From the NCBI GenBank assembly GCA_965277715.1, contig OZ255836.1, positions 2,080,001 to 2,144,000 on the forward strand: a stretch of DNA of 64,000 nt. The letters are read 5' to 3'. Positions 19,718 to 29,826 of the stretch are shown here, one piece after another. A program made the position numbers and the translations under genes. The DNA comes from Gammaproteobacteria bacterium (lineage in GTDB: Bacteria > Pseudomonadota > Gammaproteobacteria > JBCCGL01). Under the pieces are notes generated by a model. It ran no database searches and was not told the DNA's origin. It was given only the letters and a program-made list of their open reading frames with translations. The stretch's first letter is position 1. Every line of letters begins with the position of its first letter.

Positions 19718-21748
19718 TTATAGCAGAGCACCAAGTCGGCTACCCTGATCAATAGCACGCTTTGCATCCAGCTCCGTGGCACGATCAGCCCCACCGATAA
19801 GGTGCACTGATTGATGGCGTTTTTGTAGCGCATTCAGCAATGAACGCTCAGGCTCCTGCCCGGCGCAGACGACAATATGATCGACCGCCAACCGTTGCGG
19901 CTGATCACCATTGAGGATATGCAAACCTTCATCATCAATATGTTGGTAACGAACATTGGCCAACATCTGAATACCTCTGTTTTTCAATTTTGTGCGGTGT
20001 ATCCACCCGGTGGTTTTACCCAGTCGTTTGCCCACACGTTCATCGCGCCGCTGCAACAAATAGATTTGCCTGGGTGATATCGGCTGCACCGGTGCCTGCA
20101 ACCCCGCCCGCTGTTGCAGCGTCTGATCGATACCCCATTCATCGAGAAACGCCTGCCGTTGTGATACCAGTGGCGTTTCACTGTGCGACAGGAAATCCGC
20201 CACATCAAAACCAATCCCACCCGCACCAATAATCGCCACCGAAGGCCCAACAACACGCGCATTTTGCAGCACATCGAGATAACTCAACACCTTGGGATGC
20301 TCAATCCCCGGCAGCGATAAAGCACGCGGTGTAACCCCAGTGGCAATGACGATATGATCAAACTGTTCACCAACCAAGCCATCCACATCAGCGCGCTGAT
20401 TGAGCAATAATGTAACGCCATGCAGCTCAATCTGGCGCTGAAAATAACGCAAGGTATGCGCAAAATCAGACTTACCTGGAATGCGCCTGGCCATATTGAA
20501 CTGCCCGCCTATTTGCCCCGACGCCTCATATAAAGTAACACGGTGTCCACGTTGTGCCAGTACCGTCGCGCACGCCATACCCGCTGGCCCCGCGCCAACA
20601 ACAGCGATATGCCCAGGATGGTGTGTGGGTATGTAGTTGAGTTCGGTTTCATTGCAGGCGCGGGGGTTGACCAGGCACGTTGCGCGCTGCCTGGCAAAGA
20701 TATGATCGAGGCAAGCCTGGTTACAGGCAATACAGGTATTGATTTGATCATCCTTATTATCACGTGCCTTGTTGATAAACGCCGGATCAGCCAGGAACGG
20801 CCTGGCCATCGAAACCATATCCGCTTCTCCCGCCGCTAAAATTTGCTCGGCGAGTTGCGGTGTATTAATGCGGTTAGTCGTGATTACAGGGGTGTGCACA
20901 TGCGCTTTGAGGCGGGCGGTTACCCAGCTAAACACCCCCGGCGGCACTGATGTGGCGATTGTTGGAATCCGTGCCTCGTGCCAACCGACGCCCGCGTTGA
21001 ATAGATCAACACCCGCTTTTTCAAGCTGTATGGCCAGCGCGACAACTTCATCCCAGCTACTGCCATCGCGCACCAGATCAAGCATTGAAAGCCGGAAGAT
21101 AAGCAGAAAATCTTCACCTAACGCGGCACGTGTTCGCTCGACAATCTGGCGTGCAAAACGCGACCGGTGAGCAAAACACCCTCCCCAACGGTCTGTGCGT
21201 TTATTGGTGTGTGCCACCAGAAACTGGTTAATCAGATACCCCTCTGAGCCCATGATCTCGACACCATCGTAACCTGCATCACGTGCCAGTTTCGCGCATT
21301 GCACAAACGCACTAATCTGCCTTTCAATACCCGCAGGGCTTAGTTCACGTGGTGAAAAGGGGGATATCGGTGACGCAATAGGCGACGGTGCCACGCACAG
21401 GGGTGAGTAACCATAGCGCCCCGTGTGCAGGATTTGCATACATATTTTTGCGCCGTGCTGGTGCACGGCACGCGTCAGTAAACGGTGTCTTGGCACCTCC
21501 CAGCGGCGGCTGAGCTTGCCGGCAAACGGGGCAATCCAGCCGGCAATATTCGGCGAGATGCCCCCGGTAACCATTAAACTGACACCACCCTCTGCACGCT
21601 CAGCAAAGTAGGCCGCCAGTTTCTGGTAATCCTTGCGACGATCCTCCATCCCCGTATGCATAGATCCCATAAGTACCCGGTTAGGCAGTGTGGTGGCACC
21701 GATTGTCAGGGATGAGAAAAGATGGGGGAAACGAGGGTGCGGAGTCAT
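19718..21748 (-). CDS. fadH: 2,4-dienoyl-CoA reductase (NADPH)
   Basis: NRVLMGSMHTG, MGSEGYLINQF, CIACNQACLDH, GKTTGWIHR. Confidence 0.96.
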   Translation of the reverse strand: MTPHPRFPHLFSSLTIGATTLPNRVLMGSMHTGMEDRRKDYQKLAAYFAERAEGGVSLMVTGGISPNIAGWIAPFAGKLSRRWEVPRHRLLTRAVHQHGAKICMQILHTGRYGYSPLCVAPSPIASPISPFSPRELSPAGIERQISAFVQCAKLARDAGYDGVEIMGSEGYLINQFLVAHTNKRTDRWGGCFAHRSRFARQIVERTRAALGEDFLLIFRLSMLDLVRDGSSWDEVVALAIQLEKAGVDLFNAGVGWHEARIPTIATSVPPGVFSWVTARLKAHVHTPVITTNRINTPQLAEQILAAGEADMVSMARPFLADPAFINKARDNKDDQINTCIACNQACLDHIFARQRATCLVNPRACNETELNYIPTHHPGHIAVVGAGPAGMACATVLAQRGHRVTLYEASGQIGGQFNMARRIPGKSDFAHTLRYFQRQIELHGVTLLLNQRADVDGLVGEQFDHIVIATGVTPRALSLPGIEHPKVLSYLDVLQNARVVGPSVAIIGAGGIGFDVADFLSHSETPLVSQRQAFLDEWGIDQTLQQRAGLQAPVQPISPRQIYLLQRRDERVGKRLGKTTGWIHRTKLKNRGIQMLANVRYQHIDDEGLHILNGDQPQRLAVDHIVVCAGQEPERSLLNALQKRHQSVHLIGGADRATELDAKRAIDQGSRLGALL

Positions 21749-21877
21749 TGGTCGCTCGAAAAAACAGTGGAAAGTAGTTTAATTTAGGATTATGCCACCA
21801 TTCTGTCTGGACTTATTTGATTGGGGTTTATTTTATGGGGGATTATCTATAGTCCATTTACCCAATGGGGATTGACG

Positions 21878-23203
21878 TTAAATCAGGTAATCGACAGAGG
21901 GGGTTTTTTTCATCGCCAAACGCTCGGTTAACCGGGTGGAAAACTGCGTGTAATAATGTGCCTGCATAGCCGGTGACACCTGCTTAAACACTTTCCGGTT
22001 TACAACGCACACAGTGACAGCAGACAACGCCTGAACAGCCGCGATGCTTTTGGCGCGCTTGATAAACCCAGCTTCACCAAAATACTCACCACGGCCAATC
22101 GCCTGCATAAAACAACCGTTACAACGCATCACCAGATCACCGTCGAGAACAATATACAGATTGTCATCAGACACCGCCTGCTCAAGCGCAACCTCACCCG
22201 GCTTATAACTTAATAAGCGACAGGATTTAATCACCACGTCAATATCCGCCTCACCCATGGGTTTAAATAACGCCAGATCCCGCAATGTCTGTCCAGATTC
22301 ATCGGTGCTATTAGTATTAGTAACCGGGCTGGATAACATACTGTCTGCAATAATGGAAATTCCTTCGGCAAATTCGGCGACCGACTGATAGCGTTTATCT
22401 GCATCCTTGTGTAGCGCTTTAGCGAGAATATCTGATAATTCCCGTGGCAGATCGGGGCGAATATCTGACAGACGCGGTGGCGGCTGACTGATGATAGAAC
22501 GAAATAGCGCCTGTATGGTATTGGCTACAAACAACTGTCGGCCTGTAAGCATCTCAAACAACACGGTAGCCAGTGAATAAAGGTCACTCTGCGGTCCCAA
22601 CGCCACACCGAGCACCTGCTCCGGCGACATATAGTTTGGCGTGCCCAACGCCACCCCGGCACTACCGACAAACTCCTGGTGGGTGGAAATGGCAATACCA
22701 AAATCGAGTATTTTCGCCACATTTTGCGGCGTCAGCATAATATTCGATGGCTTAATATCACGGTGAATAATACCCTTGCCATGCGAATAATTGAGTGCCT
22801 GGGCACTCTCGTAAATAATTTCCAGCACTCTGCGGGTCGGCAACGGTGTTCTGCCCTTACCAAACTCAGTCAACTGTGTGCCGGGCACATATTCCATCAC
22901 CAGGTAATTGAGGTTTTTATGAATCCCTCTATCGTACAAAGCGATAATGTGTGGGTGGGCCAGCTTGCTAATAGCCGCCGCTTCTGTAAGAAACGAACGC
23001 TGTGCGGTAGCTGATTTTTTGCTGTCACCATCACTGCCGTTAAATGAAAATTTAATCGCGACTTCGCGGTAGATACTCGGATCGTATCCCTTAAAAACAG
23101 CGCCAAAAGCACCACTCCCCAGGCACTGCCCCAGTTCGTACTGACCAACTTGGTCTGGCACATCAACACCCATTGCCAATTCACGGGTTGCTTTCATTAT
23201 CAC
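21878..23203 (-). CDS. Hanks-type Ser/Thr kinase with C-terminal cNMP-binding domain
   Basis: LGSGAFGAV, HRDIKPSN, DFG, GTPNYMSPEQ; LYIVLDG...GEYFGE. Confidence 0.9.
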   Translation of the reverse strand: MIMKATRELAMGVDVPDQVGQYELGQCLGSGAFGAVFKGYDPSIYREVAIKFSFNGSDGDSKKSATAQRSFLTEAAAISKLAHPHIIALYDRGIHKNLNYLVMEYVPGTQLTEFGKGRTPLPTRRVLEIIYESAQALNYSHGKGIIHRDIKPSNIMLTPQNVAKILDFGIAISTHQEFVGSAGVALGTPNYMSPEQVLGVALGPQSDLYSLATVLFEMLTGRQLFVANTIQALFRSIISQPPPRLSDIRPDLPRELSDILAKALHKDADKRYQSVAEFAEGISIIADSMLSSPVTNTNSTDESGQTLRDLALFKPMGEADIDVVIKSCRLLSYKPGEVALEQAVSDDNLYIVLDGDLVMRCNGCFMQAIGRGEYFGEAGFIKRAKSIAAVQALSAVTVCVVNRKVFKQVSPAMQAHYYTQFSTRLTERLAMKKTPSVDYLI

Positions 23204-23249
23204 TCTAAACCAGTTATCTTAAAAATATCTATTAAACCAATCAGATTTC

Positions 23250-24617
23250 TTAACCGAATTTATCGACAAGACGGCCTAATAGCTTACTGTGTATATCATC
23301 AAACCCACCGTTTGACATGATCACAACATGATCCTGATTTTGTGCATGGCCCATTATCCATTCGGTGATTGTAGGCACATCCGACAATACCTGCACTGTC
23401 GCAGAGGAGACGGTTTTGCACACCCTGTCAAACCCCTCACCAGGGACGCAATGTACCAGAACCTGGTCGGCACAGGCAAAAGATTGCGGCAGTTTTTCAG
23501 TGTGTACCCCCATACGCATACTGTTCGAACGCAGTTCCACCACGGCAATGATCCTACCGCTGGCAATACGCGCCCGCAGTGCCTGCAGGGTTGCCGCAAT
23601 AGCGGTGGGATGGTGGGCAAAATCATCATAAACCGTGATGCCCGCAATACAGGCACGCACTTCCAAACGGCGCTTGACGCCCTGAAACCTGGCCAGAGAA
23701 ATCGCCGCGCTGTCGGGCACCACGCCTGCATGGCGCGCCGCTGCCATAGCCGCCATCGCATTAAGGGCATTGTGTACCCCTGGCATTGTCCACTGTGCCG
23801 TCACGGATGTTCCTTCCGGTGTCACAACCTGTATGCCCCGCTGATCAACGTTGTCTAGCACCCAGGTCGGTTGTTGCGCTGGCACCTGTTCAGAAAAATA
23901 CTCGCGCTCACTCCAACACCCCTGCTCAAGCACTTCAGCAAGCGGCGCATCATCACCATTGATAATAAGCTTACCGTTACCAGGCACCACCCTGATCAGG
24001 TGATGGAACTGCCGCTGGATCGCGGCCAAATCGGGAAATATATCGGCATGGTCAAATTCGAGGTTATTCAACACCAACGTATTCGGGCGGTAATGTACAA
24101 ATTTAGAACGTTTATCGAAGAACGCGGTATCGTATTCGTCAGCTTCAACGACAAAAAAAGGCATTTTACCCAGGCGTGCAGAAAGCCCGAAATTGCTGGC
24201 GATGCCACCAATTAAAAACCCCGGTTGCAAACCGGCATCTTCCAATAGCCAAGTGAGAATACTGCTGGTAGTGGTTTTGCCGTGGGTTCCGGCAACCGCT
24301 AACACCCAGCGCCCCTGCAATACATGATCACCCAGCCACGCAGGGCCAGATGTGTAGGGTATCCCACAGTTGAGCACCCGTTCGACCTCAGGATTACCGC
24401 GTGACAAGGCATTACCTATTACCACCAAATCCACATCAGCGGCAATATTATCTGCGGCATATCCCTCCATCAGGGCAATACCCGCCTCATTCAATTGCGT
24501 GCTCATCGGTGGATATACATTGGCATCCGAGCCACTGACCTCGTGTCCCAGGGTACGCGCAAGCAGCGCGATGCCGCCCATAAACGTGCCACAAATCCCA
24601 CTTATATGTAATTTCAT
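23250..24617 (-). CDS. mpl: UDP-MurNAc:tripeptide ligase (murein peptide ligase)
   Basis: HI.GICGTFMGG, GTHGKTTT, EADEYDTAFFDKRSKF, DDFAHHPTAI. Confidence 0.96.
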   Translation of the reverse strand: MKLHISGICGTFMGGIALLARTLGHEVSGSDANVYPPMSTQLNEAGIALMEGYAADNIAADVDLVVIGNALSRGNPEVERVLNCGIPYTSGPAWLGDHVLQGRWVLAVAGTHGKTTTSSILTWLLEDAGLQPGFLIGGIASNFGLSARLGKMPFFVVEADEYDTAFFDKRSKFVHYRPNTLVLNNLEFDHADIFPDLAAIQRQFHHLIRVVPGNGKLIINGDDAPLAEVLEQGCWSEREYFSEQVPAQQPTWVLDNVDQRGIQVVTPEGTSVTAQWTMPGVHNALNAMAAMAAARHAGVVPDSAAISLARFQGVKRRLEVRACIAGITVYDDFAHHPTAIAATLQALRARIASGRIIAVVELRSNSMRMGVHTEKLPQSFACADQVLVHCVPGEGFDRVCKTVSSATVQVLSDVPTITEWIMGHAQNQDHVVIMSNGGFDDIHSKLLGRLVDKFG

Positions 24618-25174
24618 ACTTCACTGACCGGGGCAGTAGATTCAAGTATTGGCGCTGGAAACAAATAATCGGCCACCATTACCACCGTTATCAAATAGGC
24701 AATTGAGACGATAACCCCTACCCTCATACGGATACCGAAGCAGTGACGAAAAATATTTGCTACGACGATCACGCTCCAGAGATACAACCCGAGCAGTATC
24801 AATGACACACTGGTGCTCACCGTATCCCCCGCATCAAGACCATCAGTCGACAGCAATATCGGCCAGAAAGCCAGGTTGAGTAACGCTCCGGTACCGCAAA
24901 GCGCCGCATAGCCCTGTACAAAACGCTCCCGGTGCCCGGTTATTTTCAAACCACCGTATAACAACGCGAATAGCACCAGCATATCCAGCGCGACCCTCGG
25001 CAAAGACTCAGACAACCCATAATGGGATGAGATAACCACGACGTAGCTCAATACCGAGGCAGTCACTGAACCCCAAAATACCGCATAAGTGTTGGGCACC
25101 TGATAAGGCTGGGCACGGAGTAAAACCATTTTAAAATACAGGCAGGTCAGTTGTAAAAAATGCTGCATACACAA
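24614..25174 (-). CDS. Hypothetical membrane protein
   Basis: Multiple hydrophobic segments; overlaps the mpl start. Confidence 0.75.
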   Translation of the reverse strand: MCMQHFLQLTCLYFKMVLLRAQPYQVPNTYAVFWGSVTASVLSYVVVISSHYGLSESLPRVALDMLVLFALLYGGLKITGHRERFVQGYAALCGTGALLNLAFWPILLSTDGLDAGDTVSTSVSLILLGLYLWSVIVVANIFRHCFGIRMRVGVIVSIAYLITVVMVADYLFPAPILESTAPVSEV

Positions 25175-25314
25175 TCACCGGGTTGGAATAACCCTAATAA
25201 CCAGTTGAGTTGTCGCCAAAGCGTTTAACCAAAGACCTATCGGGTTTAGGCACGCTATAGAAAACAACAACAGGTTCGACTGATTGTTAGGGTAATGTAG
25301 GGCATAATACGTTT

Positions 25315-26355
25315 ATGCAATTGACAATGATACAAGCTGATGACTGGCACTTACACCTGCGTGATGGTGACGCCCTGGCCACCACCGTTGCCCACAGTGC
25401 CGCACAATTTTCCCGTGCATTAATAATGCCCAACTTAAAACCACCCATTACTCAAGTGGTAATGGCGGAGGCATACCAACAACGGATTCTTGCCGCACTC
25501 CCCGAAACAATGTCATTTGAACCGCTGATGACCCTGTATCTAACCGAGTCCACCCCGGTTGAAGAAGCCACCCGCGCTGCGGCATCAAATGTGATCAAAG
25601 CGTTCAAATATTACCCGGCGGGCGCCACCACTAATTCAGATGCCGGTGTGCGCAACCTGGAAAAAATCTACCCCCTGCTGGAAGCAATGCAAACGAGTGG
25701 CCTGGTGCTGTGCCTGCACGGTGAGGTGGTCGACAGTGACGTGGATATTTTTGACCGCGAGAAATTATTTATCGAACGCGCCCTGGTACCGCTGGTAGCG
25801 GCTTTTCCGGCACTAAAAATTGTGCTCGAACATATCACCACAAAAGAGGCGGCAGCGTTTGTGCAGAGCGCCCCCAGCACCGTGGCGGCAACACTGACGC
25901 CGCAGCATTTACTCTACAACCGCAATGCCTTGTTCCAGGGTGGTATTCGCCCACACTATTACTGCCTCCCCATTCTTAAGCGTGAATGTCACCAATTGGC
26001 ACTGGCAGAGGCCGCGCTAAGTGGCAATCCAAAATTCTTTCTTGGCACCGACAGCGCACCCCATACACAAACGACCAAAGAGAGCGACTGCGGCTGTGCC
26101 GGGGTTTACTCTGCACACGCGGCGCTCGCCTTATATGCCGAGTTTTTTGAACAGCACGGCGCATTGGATAAACTGGAGGCATTTGCCAGCCATTTCGGCG
26201 CCGATTTCTACGGCGTGCCGCGCAACACCAGGACAATAACACTGACAAAGAAACCCTGGCGTATCGCCAATGATTACCCACTGGGGCAAGGCAGGCTGAT
26301 TCCATTTCGCGCCGGTGAAACCATGCAATGGTCACTCAGTGGTAGCGGACAATGA
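25315..26355 (+). CDS. pyrC: Dihydroorotase
   Basis: [28 protein letters not shown]. Confidence 0.97.
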   Translation: MQLTMIQADDWHLHLRDGDALATTVAHSAAQFSRALIMPNLKPPITQVVMAEAYQQRILAALPETMSFEPLMTLYLTESTPVEEATRAAASNVIKAFKYYPAGATTNSDAGVRNLEKIYPLLEAMQTSGLVLCLHGEVVDSDVDIFDREKLFIERALVPLVAAFPALKIVLEHITTKEAAAFVQSAPSTVAATLTPQHLLYNRNALFQGGIRPHYYCLPILKRECHQLALAEAALSGNPKFFLGTDSAPHTQTTKESDCGCAGVYSAHAALALYAEFFEQHGALDKLEAFASHFGADFYGVPRNTRTITLTKKPWRIANDYPLGQGRLIPFRAGETMQWSLSGSGQ

Positions 26356-26975
26356 GTTACCTGCCCGGAAAAACCACCCGTATCGCCGAGCGTTTCCGTA
26401 GCTACCTACCGGTTGTCGTCGACGTGGAAACTGGCGGCTTTAACCCGGCGACCGATGCGCTACTGGAAATTGCAGCGGTAATTATCAACATGGATCAAGA
26501 CGGAAAACTGATTCCCGGTGAAGTGCGTTCCTCACACGTGATTCCATTTGAAAACGCCAACCTTGAACCAAAATCACTGGAAATCAACGGCATCGACCCC
26601 TGGCACCCGTTGCGTGCTGCGCGCAAAGAAAGCGATGCGTTGGGGCACATCTTTAAACCTATCCGCCAGGCGATAAGCGACAGTGAATGTACGCGTGCCG
26701 TGCTGGTGGGCCACAATGCCTTTTTTGATTTGAGTTTTATCAACGCAGCAGTCAAGCGGACGGGCATCAAGCGCAACCCCTTTCACCCATTCAGCAATTT
26801 TGACACCGTATCACTGGCTGGGTTGGCGTACGGACAAACCGTATTGGCCAAAGCCAGCGAAGCCTCTGGCATTAAATGGAACAATGACGAAGCCCATTCA
26901 GCCGTTTACGATACGCTGCAAACGGCTACATTGTTTTGCAATATTGTCAATTACTGGGAATCGCTGCATCAGTGA
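26352..26975 (+). CDS. rnt: Ribonuclease T
   Basis: [27 protein letters not shown]. Confidence 0.97.
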   Translation: MSYLPGKTTRIAERFRSYLPVVVDVETGGFNPATDALLEIAAVIINMDQDGKLIPGEVRSSHVIPFENANLEPKSLEINGIDPWHPLRAARKESDALGHIFKPIRQAISDSECTRAVLVGHNAFFDLSFINAAVKRTGIKRNPFHPFSNFDTVSLAGLAYGQTVLAKASEASGIKWNNDEAHSAVYDTLQTATLFCNIVNYWESLHQ

Positions 26976-27182
26976 CGGGCGTTAATCTTATGCTGCCAGG
27001 GTTTCGGTCATATCATCTTTGCGTTGCAACAGCGTAACACCCTGCTCCAATACCGCCTTTTTCAGCTCATCGTGGGTATAAAACGTCACCAGATCCAGGT
27101 GTGGTATTGATAAGCCTGACGACACGAGGGACAGGCATCGTCTACACTGGAACGGACTCTCCATCCATCACAAAATGATATA

Positions 27183-28373
27183 GTGGCGGATATGGCCGAC
27201 AACCCCCACAGTAATACGCCTCTGCAGACGGTGCTAGCACAATTACAGGCCGCTGCCGCCCTGCCTTTCGAGCAGGCACACCCAATCCCCGCAGCAGTAA
27301 ACCACTCCCAGGCATTTCTCGAACACGAAAGACAGTGTGTCTTTATGCAGGAATGGGTTTGCGTGGGACGCGTAGACGAAGTAGCCGGGTTTGGCGATTA
27401 CTTAACCCACACAATAGCGGGTGTGCCCATACTGGTAGTGCGCCAAAAAGAGGGGGAGCTGGCCGCTTTCGTGAATGCCTGTGCGCACCGCCAGGCCTGT
27501 TTAATGCCGCACCAAAATGGCCACGCCAAGCAGTTTACCTGTCGCTACCACGCCTGGACTTACGCTTGCAGTGGCCGGTTAATCCGGGCGCCTTATATGG
27601 AAATGAAGGTGGGGTTTGATTCCACGAAACACGGATTACGGCCATTAAACCTGGAAACATGGGAGGGCTTTATCTATGTCTCTATTGCTGAAAAACCGGC
27701 AACCCGGCTAGCCGATGTGCTCGCACCATTGCGCGATAATGTCGTCGGTCGGTTTGATATGGGCTGTTACCAAACCGTGCTGCGGGAAACGATGGTATGG
27801 CAGGCCAACTGGAAAAACCTGATCGAGAATTTCACCGAGAGTTATCACGTACCTATCGCCCACGGCAAAACCTTTGCACAGCATAAAAAACCTCTGACCG
27901 ATTACCACTGCGGTGAAGAGAGTGATTACTACGGCTATCATCAGGCGGCACAACCAAGTAGTACCGGGCCAGGCGCGGCGCACGCAAAAAATGACCGGCT
28001 GACAGGTAAGTGGCGGCGGATGATGGTGGACTTTTGTGTATTTCCCTGCCACCTGGTGACACTGATGCCAGACTATCTTTGGTATATCTCCGTGCAACCG
28101 CTGGGCAGCGATCAAATGCAGGCCACCTGGAGCGTAGCGGTTCCCCCTGAAGTGCTCGCCGATGTGGCTGAATCAGACTACAACAACTGGCTACAGCAGT
28201 TCAAAACGTATATAAATGTCGCCAACGATGAAGACAGGGCATTAGTCGAGGCCCTACATCAAGGCACAAAATCACCTATTCTGCCGGTGGGTACTTATCA
28301 CCCAATCGAGCGCAACCTCTGGCAGTTTTCCCGCTACCTGTCCAGGGTTTGTGGGAACCGACCTCCAACGTGA
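27183..28373 (+). CDS. Rieske non-heme iron oxygenase alpha subunit (betaine/choline oxygenase-like)
   Basis: CAHR...CRYHAW Rieske motif; ANWK...ENF.E.YH...H iron site. Confidence 0.9.
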   Translation: MADMADNPHSNTPLQTVLAQLQAAAALPFEQAHPIPAAVNHSQAFLEHERQCVFMQEWVCVGRVDEVAGFGDYLTHTIAGVPILVVRQKEGELAAFVNACAHRQACLMPHQNGHAKQFTCRYHAWTYACSGRLIRAPYMEMKVGFDSTKHGLRPLNLETWEGFIYVSIAEKPATRLADVLAPLRDNVVGRFDMGCYQTVLRETMVWQANWKNLIENFTESYHVPIAHGKTFAQHKKPLTDYHCGEESDYYGYHQAAQPSSTGPGAAHAKNDRLTGKWRRMMVDFCVFPCHLVTLMPDYLWYISVQPLGSDQMQATWSVAVPPEVLADVAESDYNNWLQQFKTYINVANDEDRALVEALHQGTKSPILPVGTYHPIERNLWQFSRYLSRVCGNRPPT

Positions 28374-28422
28374 TTAATTCAGTTTAAGCCCACCTACCGT
28401 ATCTGAGGAAACAGCAATCAAC

Positions 28423-28740
28423 ATGCCGGAAGTCGCATCAAAATTTTTGATCGGGCAAATTATATGGCACACCCGGTTTGACTACCGGGGAGTGATTATC
28501 GATGTAGACCCCGTCTACACCGGCACTGCGCTCTGGTACGAACACGTCGCCTTAAGCCGACCACCTAAAGACAGACCCTGGTATCACGTTTTAGTGGATA
28601 ACGACGAATCGAGCACCTATGTGGCGGAACAGCACCTCAGCCTTGATGCATCGGCTGCCGCCATCCAACACCCGGCTATCGCCCATTATTTTAGTGGTAT
28701 GAAAGGCGGTCGCTACCTACCCAGACAACCGGCCCATTGA
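28423..28740 (+). CDS. hspQ: Heat shock protein HspQ (YccV-like)
   Basis: KF.IGQI..H..F.YRGVI.DVDP, PWYHVLV, YVAEQ.L. Confidence 0.88.
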   Translation: MPEVASKFLIGQIIWHTRFDYRGVIIDVDPVYTGTALWYEHVALSRPPKDRPWYHVLVDNDESSTYVAEQHLSLDASAAAIQHPAIAHYFSGMKGGRYLPRQPAH

Positions 28741-28822
28741 ATACAATAAACGCATGCTGCACCCGTGGCTTGTGGCTTATACTCACTCATATACTATCAA
28801 CCAGCCGATACTGGGTTCACCT

Positions 28823-29809
28823 ATGAATCAACGCCCGTTAATGATCGACTGCCTGCAATATTGCAACTGGTCGAAAAAGATTTTCCAACAAATGCACGAA
28901 GGCGGCGTAGCGGCTGTGCACGTCACGATCTGTTACCACGAAAATTTTCGTGAAACAGTGGCCAATATCGAACAGTGGAACCGCTGGTTCGAACAGTTCC
29001 CGGAGCTGATTGTGCACGGTAAAAATGCCGATGACGTGCGCCGCGCCCACCGCGAAGGCCGCACAGCGATTATTTTTGGGTTTCAAAACTGCTCTCCAAT
29101 CGAAGACGACTACGGCCTGATAGAAATCGTACACGCACTGGGCGCACGCTTTATGCAATTGTCGTATAACAACCAGAGCCTCCTGGCGACTGGCTGCTAT
29201 GAGGCAGAAGACCCCGGCATCACCCGCTTTGGCAAACAGGCTATCGCCGAAATGAACCGCATCGGGCTGGTGATCGATATGTCACACTCTGCCGAGCGCT
29301 CTACGCTGGAAGCCATTGAGTTATCCACACGCCCGATAGCCATCACCCATGCCAACCCGGCATTCTGGCACCCCGCTTTGCGCAATAAATCGAACGATGT
29401 GCTGCGTGCGCTGGGTGAGTCTGGTGGTATGCTCGGCTTCAGCATGTACCCACACCACCTCAACAACGCCGATAACTGCACACTCGATGACTTTTGCGGC
29501 ATGATCGCCAAGACCGCTGAACTGATGGGTGTCGATTGTATTGGCATCGGTTCCGACCTCTGCCAGGATCAGCCCAACACAGTGGTTGAATGGATGCGCG
29601 TCGGTCGCTGGTCAAAAGCAATCGATTACGGTGAAGGCTCAAAAGACAACGCCGGGTTTCCACCACAACCGACGTGGTTTGAAAATAACCTACACCTGAA
29701 AAATCTGCTGGACGGACTGAAGACCGCCGGATTTGATGACCGTGACACCGCTAAAATAATGGGTGGTAATTGGCTGGCATTTTTTGAAAAATCGTTTGAC
29801 GCGCTATAA
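28823..29809 (+). CDS. Membrane dipeptidase (M19) family amidohydrolase
   Basis: IDCLQY.NW, QLSYNNQS, DMSH, ITHAN, GIGSD; start moved to ATG 28823. Confidence 0.88.
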   Translation: MNQRPLMIDCLQYCNWSKKIFQQMHEGGVAAVHVTICYHENFRETVANIEQWNRWFEQFPELIVHGKNADDVRRAHREGRTAIIFGFQNCSPIEDDYGLIEIVHALGARFMQLSYNNQSLLATGCYEAEDPGITRFGKQAIAEMNRIGLVIDMSHSAERSTLEAIELSTRPIAITHANPAFWHPALRNKSNDVLRALGESGGMLGFSMYPHHLNNADNCTLDDFCGMIAKTAELMGVDCIGIGSDLCQDQPNTVVEWMRVGRWSKAIDYGEGSKDNAGFPPQPTWFENNLHLKNLLDGLKTAGFDDRDTAKIMGGNWLAFFEKSFDAL

Positions 29810-29826
29810 ACAGACAGGTCTCCACT

